A stretch of DNA of 64,000 nt from assembly GCA_951406725.2 (NCBI GenBank), contig OX597832.1, positions 20,894,001 through 20,958,000 of the forward strand, given 5' to 3'. Position numbers and translations under genes: made by a program. The stretch comes from Octopus vulgaris (lineage: Eukaryota). The notes below the pieces were generated by a model. The model saw only the letters and a list, made by a program, of their open reading frames with translations, was not told where the DNA came from and made no database searches. Below are positions 1 to 14,685 of the stretch, in pieces (the stretch's first letter is position 1; each line of letters opens with the position of its first letter).

Positions 1-39
1 CACTTAGCCCCGACTTCGACGCTGTCCATGTTTGGCATC

Positions 40-107
40 GCTGTCGTCATCACTGCCAGCACCATCGTCATCAGCATCTTCCTCACCCACATCTTTTTCC
101 TCATCCG

Positions 108-169
<62 letters not shown>

Positions 170-770
170 GCGACGTCGTCGTCATCATCATCATGCGTCG
201 TCTTCGTCTTCATCGTCATCATCATCATCATCTAAGTCGTTGTCATCAACATCAGTGTTGTCGTCGTCGTCATTATCATCATCATCATCATCGCCATCAT
301 CATCGTCATCGTCGTCGTCGTCATCATCATCATCACCATCATCACCATAATCATCATTGTCGTCGTCGTCATGTTTATCTTTGTCCTCTTCAATGTCATC
401 CTCCTCCTCCTCCATTTCCTCCCCTACCTCCTCCGCCCCCTTCCTCCTCTTCGACACCATCATCATCATCATCATTGTCATAGGCCTTTGTTATCTCCGT
501 CTCCGCCATCACTACGCTATGGTCGATGAGCTCGACCATCACCACAGCGACCATGATCGCTAACACTGTCATCATTATCAGCAGCATCATCATCATCATC
601 ATCATCATCTTCACCAACAACATCATTATCAACATCATCATCATCAGCATCATTATCATCATCATCGTCCTTCTGTTTCTACTCCTTCCTCTCCTCCTCC
701 TCCACTTTCCCTTCTTTTTCTTTCTTTTTGATTCATCATCATCATCATCGTCGTCGTCGTCATCATCGTC
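40..770. repeat. Degenerate (CAT/CGT)n trinucleotide tract
   Basis: Directly visible; source of poly-His/Ile/Ser/Asp pseudo-ORFs. Confidence 0.95.
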
Positions 771-1369
771 ATCTTTTTCCCGCTTCTTTTTTTCTTTTTC
801 GTCATCTTCATTTTCTATTCCTCACCCCTTACCAAACTCCACCTTGCTTGTTCTCTCTATCTATCTGTCTATCTTTCTCTCCTTCTCTCACCCACTCCCC
901 CTCCTTTTGTCCATCAAGCCCATCTCTCTCACCAGAACCCTCCAAACCCTCCCACTCCCCGCTCCACCCCCTCTCGCATCCACCCTCAAAATAGACGGAG
1001 ATGACCTAAAATTACTCTTAATAAAAAGCCATGTTACCTGTCTTTCTTGCACCAAATTCTATTAGAGACTACCAGCTACACCCTTATCATTAAGGCTTTT
1101 TGTGGCAAGATCGACCTATTGTCAAGACCCTTTTCTCTTCTAAATTGACTCCCTAATATAATACAATCTGGGCCTAAATCAATTTGCAATCTTAATAAAA
1201 ACAGGTCTCTATATGCTTCATATTCTAATGTAATTCTACGCCGACCTCTCTTTTTCCTTCTCCTTATTTCTCTCCCTCTGTTTCTTTATTTCCATCTCTT
1301 CCCCTCTCTGCTCCTCTTTCTCTCTGTTTCTCTCTCGAGCTTTCTATTTATCTGCCTTTCTACCCTTCG

Positions 1370-1432
1370 ATCTATCTATTTATCTATTCACCTATCTATC
1401 TATTTATATATCTATCTACCTATCTATCTCTA

Positions 1433-1518
<86 letters not shown>

Positions 1519-1560
1519 CCTATCTATCTATCTATCTTTATATCTAACTATCAATCTATT
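1370..1560. repeat. (TATC)n; one of many (GATA)n/(TATC)n tracts (also near 4440, 5055, 6995, 9570, 26080, 30930, 31430, 36997, 39655, 40750, 43800, 45105, 45342, 47595, 48020)
   Basis: Directly visible; source of the IYLS pseudo-ORFs. Confidence 0.95.
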
Positions 1561-1761
1561 AATGTTTTCCCCCACTGAATATTTCTCATTCATTCCTTGT
1601 CTTCTTCCTCTCTCCCTCTTTCTCTCTCACTTTCTATAAATAATCTCTCTTCCCTCTCTGTCTCTCATCATAATAAATTTCCCTCTATCTCTCTCTCCGT
1701 CTCCCCCATTCACTTCTCTCTCATAGTTTCTTACTATAAATAATCTTTCTCAACACATCGC

Positions 1762-1794
<33 letters not shown>

Positions 1795-2467
1795 TTCCCT
1801 CACTATGACTATTGTTCCTCTATCTCTCTCCTTCTCTTACTCCTCTCCATTCATCTCTCCCTACATTTAATTTTTCTCTCTTTCTATCTCTTTCTTTCAC
1901 CCTCTATTTCTCTTCTTCTCTTACTCCTCTCTATTCAACCGTCCATACATTTCATCGCGCTCTCTCTCTCTCTCCCTCTCTCTCCCTCACTTTCTATCAC
2001 ATTCTATCTCTCTTCCTCGTCCTTTCTTTCTTCCCAACTATTAACCCCTTTTATGCCTTTATGCTGGCTTCATACTCGGTCTCTAAAAAGATGTTCATCA
2101 TGTGAAACTATATTTAAAATTCGATTTCGCCCAACCGATGTCTGAATCTTTCGTAAAACACGTGACACACAATACAAGCAGGCCTGTGGCAAGAAATTTC
2201 TTCATTTTTTTTTTTTGTCTTTCGCTTATTTTCGTATTGCTTTGTTCCTTCAATAAGTCCTTCGTTCATTCCAGCTCACCTTCCGAGAATCATTTCCCAT
2301 TTATTTATTTATTTTATATTTATGCGTATATTTTTGTAGATTTTCTTTACAAATGAACGCATGTATAAGTATCTGTATTATCATACGAGCATATACACAC
2401 TCACACATCCATACGTACACACACACAAGTACACGCACATACACAATGTCTTTTTTTTGTTGTTGTT

Positions 2468-2850
2468 ATGTAGTAAGAATGCTTACTTGTCAACCACATG
2501 GTTCTCGGCTCAGTCTAACTGTATGGCCCCCTTGGACAAGAATCTTCTATGATACTACAGTCCCAGGCCGACCGAAACCTTGTGAGTGTATCTAGTAAAC
2601 GGAAACCGAAAGATACCCATTGTACGTATGTGTATGCGCGTGTCTTTGCGTCTGTGTTAGTCCCCCACCACCGCTTCACAACCAGTGTTGGTATGCTTAT
2701 GTCTTAGTGACCTAGCGTTTCGGCAAAGGCGACTGATAGAAAAAGTGTTAGACTTTAAAAAGGTAAGTATTGGGCTCAATTTATTCATTCGACAAAGAAT
2801 TGTTCATGGCATGGCTACAGTCTAATGCCTGAAACAATCAAAACAAAATA
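2468..2850 (+). mobile_element. SINE family A, diverged copy
   Basis: Colinear with 25013-25358 (AACCACATGGTTC..CCTTGTGAGTG..CATGGCTACAGTCTAATG.CTGAAAC). Confidence 0.75.
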
Positions 2851-2938
2851 TACATACAAGTATAGGTATATTCATACATGCAAAATAAATACACATACAT
2901 ACATACATACATACATACATACATACATACATACGTAC

Positions 2939-3016
<78 letters not shown>

Positions 3017-3021
3017 CATAT

Positions 3022-3160
3022 ATGACAGGGTTCTTTCAATTTCCATCTACCAAAACCACTCACAAGGTTTCGTCGGCCCGACGCTAAAGTGGATGAAACT
3101 TGCCCAAATTCCAACGCAGAAGGTCTGAACCCGGAACCATGTATCTGATAAGAAAGCCAC
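3022..3160 (-). mobile_element. SINE family A, 5' half
   Basis: CACTCACAAGG..CTGAACCCGGAACCATGT is the reverse complement of the family A head. Confidence 0.75.
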
Positions 3161-3186
3161 TCGTGCGCTTAAGTATATATATATGC

Positions 3187-3231
<45 letters not shown>

Positions 3232-3280
3232 CGTGTGTGTGTGTACGTGTATATATAAAAATATATGTGTATATATATGC

Positions 3281-3324
<44 letters not shown>

Positions 3325-3648
3325 GCATAAACATATAAATATGTTCATAAATACATGACTACATGTGCGGCTATCTCACTGTTTGTAGGCATTTGTAATT
3401 ATATCTACAAGATCTTCCAAAAATGTACAGACAGTTCGAATGATTATAAACTCAGTTCTAGCCCGAGAACTGCTGATGATGCAAAGCAATGGAATAGCAA
3501 ACATCAAGTAACATTTCGTTGAGTATATGTAGGCATTCTCGTTCAATGGCTGTACTCAGTTCGTTGACTGTTGCCGGATTTGAACCGTAAACTTTATCGC
3601 ATAATAATCTCCAAAGAAATGCCAATTGCTATGACATCCGATTAAATA

Positions 3649-3845
3649 AGGCGGCAAGCTGGCAGAACAGTTAGTTAGCTGCATTACGTCCGTCTTTACG
3701 TTCTGAGTTCGAATGCCGCCGAACTTTGCCTTTCATCCTTTGAGAGTTGACAAAATAAGTACCAGTTGAGTACTGGAGTCGATCTAATTGACTGCCGCAC
3801 CTCCCCAAAATTTTCGGGCCTTGTGCCTAAAGTAGAAAAAATTAT
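3649..3845 (+). mobile_element. SINE family B, tail type 1
   Basis: GGCGGCAAGCTGGCAGAA..TTGCCTTTCATCCTTT..CCCCAAAATTTTCGGGCCTTGTGCCTAAAGTAGAAAA. Confidence 0.8.
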
Positions 3846-4438
3846 TATCAACTTACCCCCTCCCCAGAACTTACAGGCCTTGTGTCACAATTTGAAATCG
3901 ATATGATATCCTGAGAAGGTGGACGGTATTTTACTGAAGCTCTTCTTCCAATCCATCCGCTTGACAAAATCTCAAGGTAACCTCATTAAGTTTTTATTGT
4001 TCGGGTGCCCCAAGTTACTGTTAATAAACATCACGACTTGAAAGTCTTCTTCAATGCGTGACATAAAAGATTGTCACAGAAAGTTATGCAAATCGAACCA
4101 GTCACAAATGATCACAAACTAATGGCTCGCCGCACCATACTCTAACACCTGGTAAATTATTATGATGTTCCTCCGTAATATTTGGAGTCTTGGGGTTCCC
4201 GGTAAGAGCAACTGTAGCACTTAAATTGGCCATTTGATTTAAATGAAACTTCATTGCCCCTAGTGGTCCCTATTTGGTAAATGTGTATTTTCTACACATC
4301 TTGCCATGTACTACACGGGGTGAAGGGCGTGTGTATTTATGTGCATGCATCGGTATATATAAAATGGCTGAAAAAAGAAATGATCGTTGATCGTAACAGA
4401 GAGACAAAGGGACACAGAGTATCATTTAGCTAGCTAGC

Positions 4439-4470
<32 letters not shown>

Positions 4471-4487
4471 TAGATAGATAGATAGAT

Positions 4488-4577
<90 letters not shown>

Positions 4578-5068
4578 AGAAAACGACAAACAGATAGACA
4601 AAATAATTAATTGTTGCAACAATGCAAATTTCTTAAGAGAAATTAGAAAACATTTCATTAAAAAATTAATAAATTATGAAATTGTGTTCATATCATGATA
4701 GAGTGCTCAGAAGTAACTAACCAATCAGAATTGGCCCACTGCCTTTATCTATTATTATATTCTATTCAAAAATGATATTCATGTGTATCATATATGAATA
4801 TCTCGCTATACAATAGATACCACACATTAATCATTTGACACCAATTTAATCAGTGAGTGTCTAGAAAATTTTAAATATTATCAAAATTTATCGAAGTTAT
4901 ATATCTCTAAATTCCTATCAATATTACATCGAATATATATGTTATTTCATAAGATGGTTTTCTTTGTTGCTTTTTTTTCTATCTTTCTGTAAAGAGCGAG
5001 ATATCAGCGGTTGGAATTTTTAAAGTAAAGAATGATGAGAACATATATATATATAGATAGATATAGAT

Positions 5069-5156
<88 letters not shown>

Positions 5157-5169
5157 ATAGCTCAAATTT

Positions 5170-5330
5170 ATAGAAAACAAAAGTCCACAAGCAGGTGTAT
5201 TAGTTTAACACTCGAAAAGAATGACGTTTGGAGCCTACGCTCTTCGACAGAAGTGATTAAGAGGAAAAAGAACGGAGAGGAAAGGAAAATTAAAAAAAGC
5301 GGAGAGAGAAAAGGAAGTGTATAGGGTTAA
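5170..5330 (-). mobile_element. Short hammerhead-bearing interspersed repeat (PLE-terminal-repeat-like), decayed
   Basis: Reverse complement contains CTGTCGAAGAGCGTAGGCTCCAAACGT..GTTAAACTAATACAC, homologous to 5830-6005 and 52225-52400. Confidence 0.6.
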
Positions 5331-5484
5331 ATTATATATATATACAGGTGTGTTGAAGCAAACAGGAAAAATTGAGCTCAAAATATGAATAAATGTATAT
5401 TTTTATTAATATTTAGTAGAAGTAACAGAGTGATACAAGGTTCGGGAGTTTCGTGCGTTGGCAATTATCATGTCTGTCTCTCGA

Positions 5485-5528
<44 letters not shown>

Positions 5529-5749
5529 CCTGTATGCCTGCCTGTCTGTCCGTCTAACTGTCTGTCTGTATGTATATATGTATGTATGTATGTATTTATG
5601 TATGTAGTGATGTAAATATTGCTATAAAACTAAGTATTTTCATTCGCAATAGAGTAGCTCGGAGTTTTGTGAGGGTGCATGATACTTAATCAAATATCTA
5701 GAGGGATGGAAGGGTTGGAACTTTGCAAATACTGGTTAACACACACTCA

Positions 5750-5794
<45 letters not shown>

Positions 5795-5829
5795 ACATAC
5801 ACACCCACCACACACGAATATATGTAGGA

Positions 5830-6240
5830 CTGTTGAAATCTGCAGATTTTTTGTCTCTCTGTTGTTTTTTTTTTTTTTTTTTTTCATTCTGTCTCCATTT
5901 TTTACCTCTTCACCCATTCTGTCTAAGAGCGTAGGCTCAAAATGTAAAAGATTTTTCTATTCTTCCCCAGCGTTAAACTGATACACCGACTTGTTTCTAC
6001 ACCTGTCTATATATATATATATATATATAAAAATGTGACCTCGTGTGTACGTTGGCGATTTTTTTCCCCTGTCTTCCCTTCTCGGGATCTTTCCTTCTCC
6101 TATGTTTCCGACGAAGAGCTCCGCTCGAAACGTTAAACCCTCCTTCTTCCCTTCTTTCCTGAGCATCCAATAATACTATATTTGTTCTACGTCCTCGCGC
6201 TGTTATGTTTTTTGTGTTTTCTTGTCTGGATTAACTTTAT
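5830..6240 (+). mobile_element. Two adjacent hammerhead-bearing short repeats separated by (TA)n
   Basis: Unit 1 (about 5830-6005) has a decayed CTGTCTAAGAGCGTAGGCTCAAAATGT. Unit 2 (about 6030-6240) has an intact-looking fold at 6104-6138. Both have pyrimidine-rich flanks and end at (TA)n. Confidence 0.6.
6104..6138 (+). ncRNA. Minimal hammerhead fold, U4C variant core
   Basis: GTTT|CCGACGA|a GAGC-tcc-GCTC|GAAA|CG|TT|AAAC: perfect helix I and helix II, palindromic AACGTT. Confidence 0.68.
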
Positions 6241-6734
6241 ATATATATACATATATATATATATGTATATATAGGCACACACCCAGGCATATACATATAT
6301 ATGCGCACACAAACACACACACACACACACCTATACATACATACATACATACATACGTATATTCTGCTTTCCATTCTGAGCTTACACTACGAATTATATA
6401 TACCTACCCATCGTTTAACCATTTCACCAATTACGGGGCATACTTTGTATGGTCTATTACAGCACTTCAAAGAACTACACAAAATGGCAGATGGAGACGA
6501 TTTAACATCTATACTTAAATGTTACGTAAGTTTATTGAACCTGACTGAACGAAAAGCAAATAAGTCCAGGTTGTTATTTGAACTTAGAACTTAAAAAGCC
6601 GGGTAAAATATAATAAACCCTTGATATGAGGCTGTAATAATTCTGCCAGTCGCCCTCTCTCATTATTTCATATTTACAATTTCCATAATCAGTAAATCCG
6701 AAACTTCGAACGATGGTCCCAATATATATGTATA

Positions 6735-6950
6735 TGTGTGTTTATGTGTTTGTGTTTGTCCCCCAACATCGCTTGACAACGGATGCTGGTATGTTTACGT
6801 CCCCATAACTTAGCGGCTCGGACAAAGAGACTGATCGAATAGTTACTAGGCTTAGAAAGAATAAGTCCAGGGGTTGATTTGCTCGACTGAAGGCGGTGCT
6901 CCAACATGGCCACAGTCAAATGACTGAAACAAGTAAAAGACTAAAAGAGA
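6735..6950 (+). mobile_element. SINE family A, 3' half
   Basis: GCTTGACAACGGATGCTGG..ACTTAGCGG..AAGGCGGTGCTCCAACATGGCCACAGTCAAATGACTGAAAC. Confidence 0.8.
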
Positions 6951-7654
6951 ATGAGATTATCTCTAGAAACACGCGTATGTATATACGTGTTTTATATCTA
7001 TCTATCTGTCTATCTATCTATCTATCTACCTATCTATCTATCTACCTATCTATCTATCTATCTATCTGTCTATCTATCTATCTATATATCTTTCTATCCA
7101 ACTGTCTACCTGTCTGTCTATCTGTCTATCTACCGATCTATCTATCGACCTATCTATCTATTTATCTATTTATCTATATATCTCACAATTTATCTCTATG
7201 CTCTCATCACTGACACTCGTACATACACGTATGGTTACACACAATGTGTGTATATCTTTCATAGACATGATGTTTTCTTTTCATTCTTATTTTCTTAATG
7301 ATTCGCTTTTATATTAAAGTCTCGTCTCTCCTAACAAGAACATGCATACCAAATTAACATTAACTTTTTTTTACAGAACCGCTTAACTGCTTAAACTAGA
7401 CGTGAAGATTTGATGTTTCTTCCTCGAATTCCGGATGCCAAGAAGTCTTATGACTATTTCAAGATGACATATACAAACTGAATATTTTGACAAGCAAAGT
7501 GTTTGCTTTAAAGAGTCATAACGCTGGGCGCTATAAGATAAGATACAGTGCAAATTATTAAAGAAATTCATCGATAATTGGCACTATAAGGCTGACTATT
7601 GAGTCGGAGACAAGAGACAGGCGACCTTCCTTTACTACACCTAATGCTTGCTGT

Positions 7655-7656
7655 AT

Positions 7657-7749
<93 letters not shown>

Positions 7750-8111
7750 AGCTATTACTAAATACTGCTACTACTACTAGTACTAAACTACTACGTGTGT
7801 GTCATCTTCGCGACAGTTTTCGTCATCATCGAAACAAGCATCGCATCCACCACAATCCTTATTTTCCCCGTCCTCGCCGCCGTCGATGGCTTCATCATCA
7901 TCATCACCATCACCACCATCATCATCATCATCATCATCATCAACATCAACATCATCATCGACGTCATCATCGACGTCGTCGTTGTCGCCATCGTTATCAT
8001 CAACATCATCATCGACGTCGTCGTTGTCGCCATCGTCATCATCATCATCATCATTGTCGTCGTCATCGTCATCATCATCATCACGATCATCATCGACGTC
8101 GTCGTCGTCGC

Positions 8112-8166
<55 letters not shown>

Positions 8167-8176
8167 GTCATCATCG

Positions 8177-8226
<50 letters not shown>

Positions 8227-8227
8227 G

Positions 8228-8262
<35 letters not shown>

Positions 8263-8420
8263 GACGTCGTCGTCGTCATCGTCGTCATCGTCAACATCAT
8301 TATCATCATCATCATCATTAACATCGTCGTGGTCGTCTTGACGTCATTGTCATCTTCACCAATCAACGTCGTCATCATCGCCATCCTCATCGGCTTCATG
8401 ATTATCGCCAAAATCATCTT
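7655..8420. repeat. (CTA)n followed by degenerate (CAT/CGT)n
   Basis: Directly visible, with higher-order CATCGACGTCGTCGTTGTCGCCATC units. Confidence 0.95.
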
Positions 8421-8579
8421 TTAATCATACATTGTATCGTTCCTTTTGTGCTTTGTCTTTTTCTTCTTATCTCTCTCTCTTGTAATTTTAATTATTTCAT
8501 TGAATTTTTTTTTTTTTTTTTGCTTTACTTGTCCCTTATGGAGAAATTGTTAGAATTACACGAAGCAAATACATCTCAC

Positions 8580-8623
<44 letters not shown>

Positions 8624-8692
8624 TCTACCTCTCCTCTCTCTCTTATTCTTTGTCTAAATCTCTTTTTCGTTCCCCACCTCTCTGTCTCTGCA

Positions 8693-8759
<67 letters not shown>

Positions 8760-9007
8760 GAGTGAGCGGTGTATATGTGTATGTATGTGTGTATGCATAT
8801 ACATATATGATTATGTGTATATGCTTCTCTATCTCTCTCTACATATATACATATATATATATATATTTGTCTTTCTCTTTCGCTCTTCTACTTCCATCTC
8901 CTCTCTATCTGTCATTAAATAACTAATTAGGGAACCTGTAGTATACGAGTGTGTGCGTCTATGTATGTCTATATATGTGTGCGTTTGTGTGTATATATGT
9001 GTAGCCT

Positions 9008-9048
<41 letters not shown>

Positions 9049-9645
9049 TTATATCCGTGGTATATATACGTATCCGTATACACGCCTACGTATATGTCTA
9101 TGGCAGACGTTGATCATGTATATATATATATATATATATATGCGAATACGCATGCGTATGTGTACGATGCGTGAGATGAACGTATATTTGCGCGTCTGTA
9201 TGCACGTATTTTGCGAGCATATTTTCTAAAGTGTGTGTAATGTGTGTTTGTTTGTGTGGGGTGGGGCTGTGTAGTGTTTGGATGATGAATTGGAAGAATA
9301 ATTGCTAAAGCTGAGAAGAAAAGTGACAATAAGTTAGTGGCAGAATACTCTTAAATGAGCCAATCACATCAGACGACGAGAGAGCAATATTCAGAGAAAT
9401 GATTTTCAAATGACTTGGAAGAGGGTACTTGATGGAAACCTAACACAAACACACATGCGTCAAAAATAAACAGGAAAAAAGGAGAGTGGCAAAGGAAAGG
9501 AGAGAGAATGAGAGAAAGAGAAAGAGATGGAATTACAAATAGTGTGATAGATCGAGAGGGAGATAGTTGGATAGGTAGATAGATAGATAGATTGATAGAT
9601 AGAAAGATAGATAGTTGGATTGATAGAAAGATAGATAGTTGGATT

Positions 9646-9714
<69 letters not shown>

Positions 9715-10146
9715 GCATATAAATAAAGAGATAAATAGATAGATAGATGCATAGATAGATAGATAGATAGATTGATAGATAGATGAATAGAAGTGACATA
9801 GATAGATAGATAGATAGATAGATTGATAGATAGATGAATGAAGTGACAGGAAAATATACACATATGTGTATATGTATGTGCATATATATATATAGACAGA
9901 CAGACAGACACGTAGGTATGTACGCCGCAGAAAGGTAGACAGACAGACTAACAGACAGAACTACATTGAGAAAATTGGATACACAGATTCGCAGAGTATA
10001 TAGGCATGTATATGTTATATATGCACATATATGTATGTGTGTATGCATATATGTAAGTATACATACTTACATACAACATATATGCATACATACATTGACA
10101 TATGTGTGCATGTGTATGCATTTATGTATGTATATGGATGTATGTC

Positions 10147-10178
<32 letters not shown>

Positions 10179-10740
10179 TATCATGTATATATATATATTA
10201 TATATATATACATATACTGAGAAAGAGTCGAGTGAAAAGGGGCGAGGGAGAAATAGGGGGAAGATTCACATATAAACATGTAAATAGACAAACGGATACA
10301 TCGATATGCAACAAGGATTCTGTGTATGAGTGTGATTGTGCGTGAGTATGTGTGTGTGTTTGTATGTATGACAGAGAGATAGTGAGAAAGAGCTACAGAG
10401 TGGGATAAGAAGGAGAGATAGAGATAGGAAGGGACGAGAATAAATGTATGGTTAGAGCAAACAGGTAATGGCTACTTCTAAATGAGAATGATTATTACAC
10501 ATGCACTATTCATCAACAGCACATTGCCAACAAACCAATTTATTAAACATATACATAGATTAATGTCTCTTTTAATAACCAGAGCAGTTGTAATAATATA
10601 TAAAAGACAAATATTAATGTTTAAGATAACATTAATGCAAACATTTAAACAATATTTTCGAAAATTGCCAATGATATTTCCGCTAATGTGTAACTACATA
10701 TTTATTATATACACACACGGATATATATATATATATATAT

Positions 10741-10837
<97 letters not shown>

Positions 10838-10892
10838 TATTTACAAATATATATATATATATGTGTGTGTGTTTGTGTATATAAACATATAA

Positions 10893-10927
<35 letters not shown>

Positions 10928-11118
10928 TATATATATATATACAGATATATCAGTCACGTGACGCTATCTAAATTAAAGAATCTAAGCATACCTTCACGTA
11001 ATTTCTACTACGACGATATTTGGAATTAGAAGCGATATAGCAATGTGTTTCTCCATGTATTCAAAGATATATGCACATACAGAAGTGACAGGAAAATATA
11101 CACATATGTGTATATGTA

Positions 11119-11158
<40 letters not shown>

Positions 11159-11563
11159 TACATTTTAATAAATACGTGTGTATGTACATACATATTGGTA
11201 AATACATATGACGGTATTTGTTCCTACTTATCTGAATATATATATATATATGGGCTTCTGATAGCGTTTGTTTTTGTATCTATGTTTATACATATACATA
11301 GATATAAAAATATAATACGCCTCGTGTTTTTGTAGATATACTTTGAGTACCACTTTAGCGTTTGGAGTTGGTCCATGAAAGATTTACTTTCTAAATAATT
11401 CGGCGCAAACTGGGGTCGCTCACTTTACTTTTTGCATTTGTTGCATAATTCCTGATGAAACTGTTTTGAGTTTTCTAAATTAACCAACAGTGTATCTATT
11501 TTTTTTACTACAACGACACATTTAGTTATTCTGTTAGTCTTTTATTTATTTTCAGGAACTTAT

Positions 11564-11624
<61 letters not shown>

Positions 11625-12288
11625 CGTTATTATTATCATTCCCTTCCTTTTTGAGGTTTACTACTCACTTTAACAAACCCCACCCCTGTACCATTGTCTG
11701 TACTCATCACTCCATCTTAGTACCTTTCAAATATATCACCCCACCTCTTACTCTTCACAGATATTCATTCCTTACATTCTTATCTCTTCCTATCCCTCCC
11801 CTACTTCTCTCCCATTCCCTGCATAACATCTTGACCACCAACTAACGCTCCTTTTATCATTTTCTCTCCTATTTCCTTTCTTTCTTCTTTCCTCACCTAT
11901 TCCTTTTGCCCATTCTCCTCAGTTTAACATACACATCTTTTTCTCTCCTCTCTATTTGCTTGATACTACCACTGCATTCTCAAAATTTCTTTCACGCTAC
12001 GATACCCATTTGAATGAACAGCTCATACATTCTAGGTAACCATTCTTTCCATTTGTAATAACAAAATATGACCTCCTATCGGAATTTACATACCATGGGC
12101 AAGAAGCATTTCTACCACTTCTACACACCAATTTCCTTGGATAATCGAACTTCAACTATAACATCCTACACATATTTTTATTTTTACTTTTATTCTCTTA
12201 TTTCCCTTTATATTTTTATTTCCATCCTTTTCCAAAATAACTCCTTATATAGAACTCTAATATTTCCCTCTTTTAACGTTTTCATATC

Positions 12289-12336
12289 GTCTCTGATGAA
12301 GGGATATCCCTCATATCACAGAAACAGCTGTAAGAC
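12289..12336 (+). ncRNA. Minimal type-I hammerhead ribozyme fold, canonical core
   Basis: GTCT|CTGATGA|a GGGATAT-ccctc-ATATCAC a|GAAA|CAGCTG|TA|AGAC: helix I GTCT/AGAC, imperfect helix II, palindromic ACAGCTGT stem III, GUA triplet. Confidence 0.78.
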
Positions 12337-12633
12337 TAGCTTTCTCTTTATAAATATCATGAAAATTCCACAGTCTTCGCTTTAATGTCTCATTTTACTT
12401 AATATATATATATATATGTGTGTGTATGTGTCTGTGCGCGTGCGTGTGCGTGTGTGCAAATATACTATTTTGCACATATTATATAAATATGTGTATTATA
12501 TATATATCTGTTTATTATATATCTGTGTATTTGTATGTATATATATATATGAATGTATATATGAATGTATGCATGTATATTTATAAATAGGTATATGCAT
12601 ACATATGTATATATACGTATATATGCATAAATA

Positions 12634-12696
<63 letters not shown>

Positions 12697-13503
12697 TTTC
12701 GAGCCCACAGGCATATATGTGTATGAGTGTGCGGCTGCATGCGAATGTAAATGTCTGAGTGCGTGGGTATACATTTATATACACAACTCACATATACACA
12801 TGATTAGGTAAGCTATGGCATATATTGTCTATTGTGTTATATTAAAGCCAATTTGAGAGAGTTAAGCAGAAAAAGATACAGAAAAGAGTACAGAAGGCTA
12901 CGTAAGACACAGAAAGAGAGAGAGAGAGAAAGAGTGAGAGGAATTCAAAAAGATTTGGAACCTGAATGAAAACGAAAAGAAGAAAATATGAGAATAAAAA
13001 TAGATGACAAACTAACAAAATGCAAGCGTGCGCGTATGCACATATGCATGTTAGCAATAATTAACAAGCTTGAAGAATTTGTAGCTTATCAATCAATCTG
13101 TGCCCAGTATTGAGTTCTTTATTCAGCTGCAGTTGATTGTTTTAGGCTTATACCGGGAAACGTGAACTCACAGAGACATTCATACATGTGCTATACACAC
13201 GCACATAGAACACACACCTGTATGTATATATATATATATGCAATTACAAACATGCAGCAAAGCACATGTGTTTGCATGCATAAACCATGTGTATGTATAC
13301 CATATACTTTGACACACACACACACACACTCACACACACACACACACACACTCACACACACATATATATATACACAGACATACATTATTCATATATCTAT
13401 GTGTGCATATATAGATATACATATATATATATATGTATATATATGTATATACATGCATATATATACATATGTGTATATATATATGCACATATATGTATGT
13501 ATG

Positions 13504-13539
<36 letters not shown>

Positions 13540-13635
13540 AAGAGAGAGAGAGAGAGATAAGCAGTATACAACACAGCCACATAAACACAAAACTATGTTA
13601 TATATATATGTATATACACATATATATACATATAA

Positions 13636-13675
<40 letters not shown>

Positions 13676-14269
13676 TTATATGTATACACACACGCACACT
13701 CACACACTTTCTCACGCATATATGTGTCTGCGTGTGTGTGCATGTATCTATGTATGTATGCATCTATGTATATATGCGCCTCCCTGCACGAATGTGTACC
13801 TGTACGTGTTGCATGCGAGCGGGTTGGAGGTGTAAAGTAACTCCCCTCCGAAAAAAAAAAAAAAGCTTACTAATATAAGCTTTATCATCCTTTTATTTCT
13901 TTTATGTTGATGGAAGGAAATTCCAAAAGCAAATCCTAATTTTCATAATGCAATAGGTATGTTTCATATAATATGCAAAGGAAAGCTTTTCTTCAAACAA
14001 ACAATGGCCACAATGAATAGATTATAACCAAAATAGATAATAATAATGTTTTCCTGTCTTTTCGGCTTTTGTTTCTTTCATTTTTGTTTTGTTTTTGTTT
14101 GTTTTTGTTGTTGGTTTTTAGTTATATTTATTTTTCGTTTTCTTATTGTCCTTTCTTTCTGCATATACTTATTCATTTATATAACTCTTTTTTTTCTATT
14201 GATATATTTATGTATTTATATATGTGTTTACCTGTGCATGTGTGTATACATATCTATATATAATTATAT

Positions 14270-14314
<45 letters not shown>

Positions 14315-14507
14315 TAGATTCATACAGATATATCTATATATATATATATACATATATAAAAATTGTATATATATACATATATAAATGTATATAAAATCAA
14401 GCATAAACTCATAAATTTATATATACGTATTCATAAATATGTATATATATATATATCTTTATATATATATATATATATACGTACGAGGTATATACAAATA
14501 CGCATAT

Positions 14508-14538
<31 letters not shown>

Positions 14539-14653
14539 GATATATATATATGTGTATGTGCATGTATGTGTTTGTAAGTGTGCATGTGTCTGTATATATG
14601 TATACATGCATAAATGTCTGTACTTAGAATCAACAGTTTTTCGTTCATATAAG

Positions 14654-14685
<32 letters not shown>

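Noticed and set aside
3473-3512. CTGATGA-TGCaaaGCA motif
   Set aside because: No GAAA or helix I in register.
4254-4268. CTCF-like GACCACTAGGGGC (minus strand)
   Set aside because: Mismatch in the core; a single weak motif is expected by chance.
7599-8424. Poly-His/Ile/Ser/Met ORFs (also 28-1065, 41848-42382, 49303-50080)
   Set aside because: Translations of trinucleotide microsatellites that are open in several frames on both strands.
11450-11495. CTGATGA followed by an ACTGTT/AACAGT stem
   Set aside because: The GAAA box is absent after the stem.
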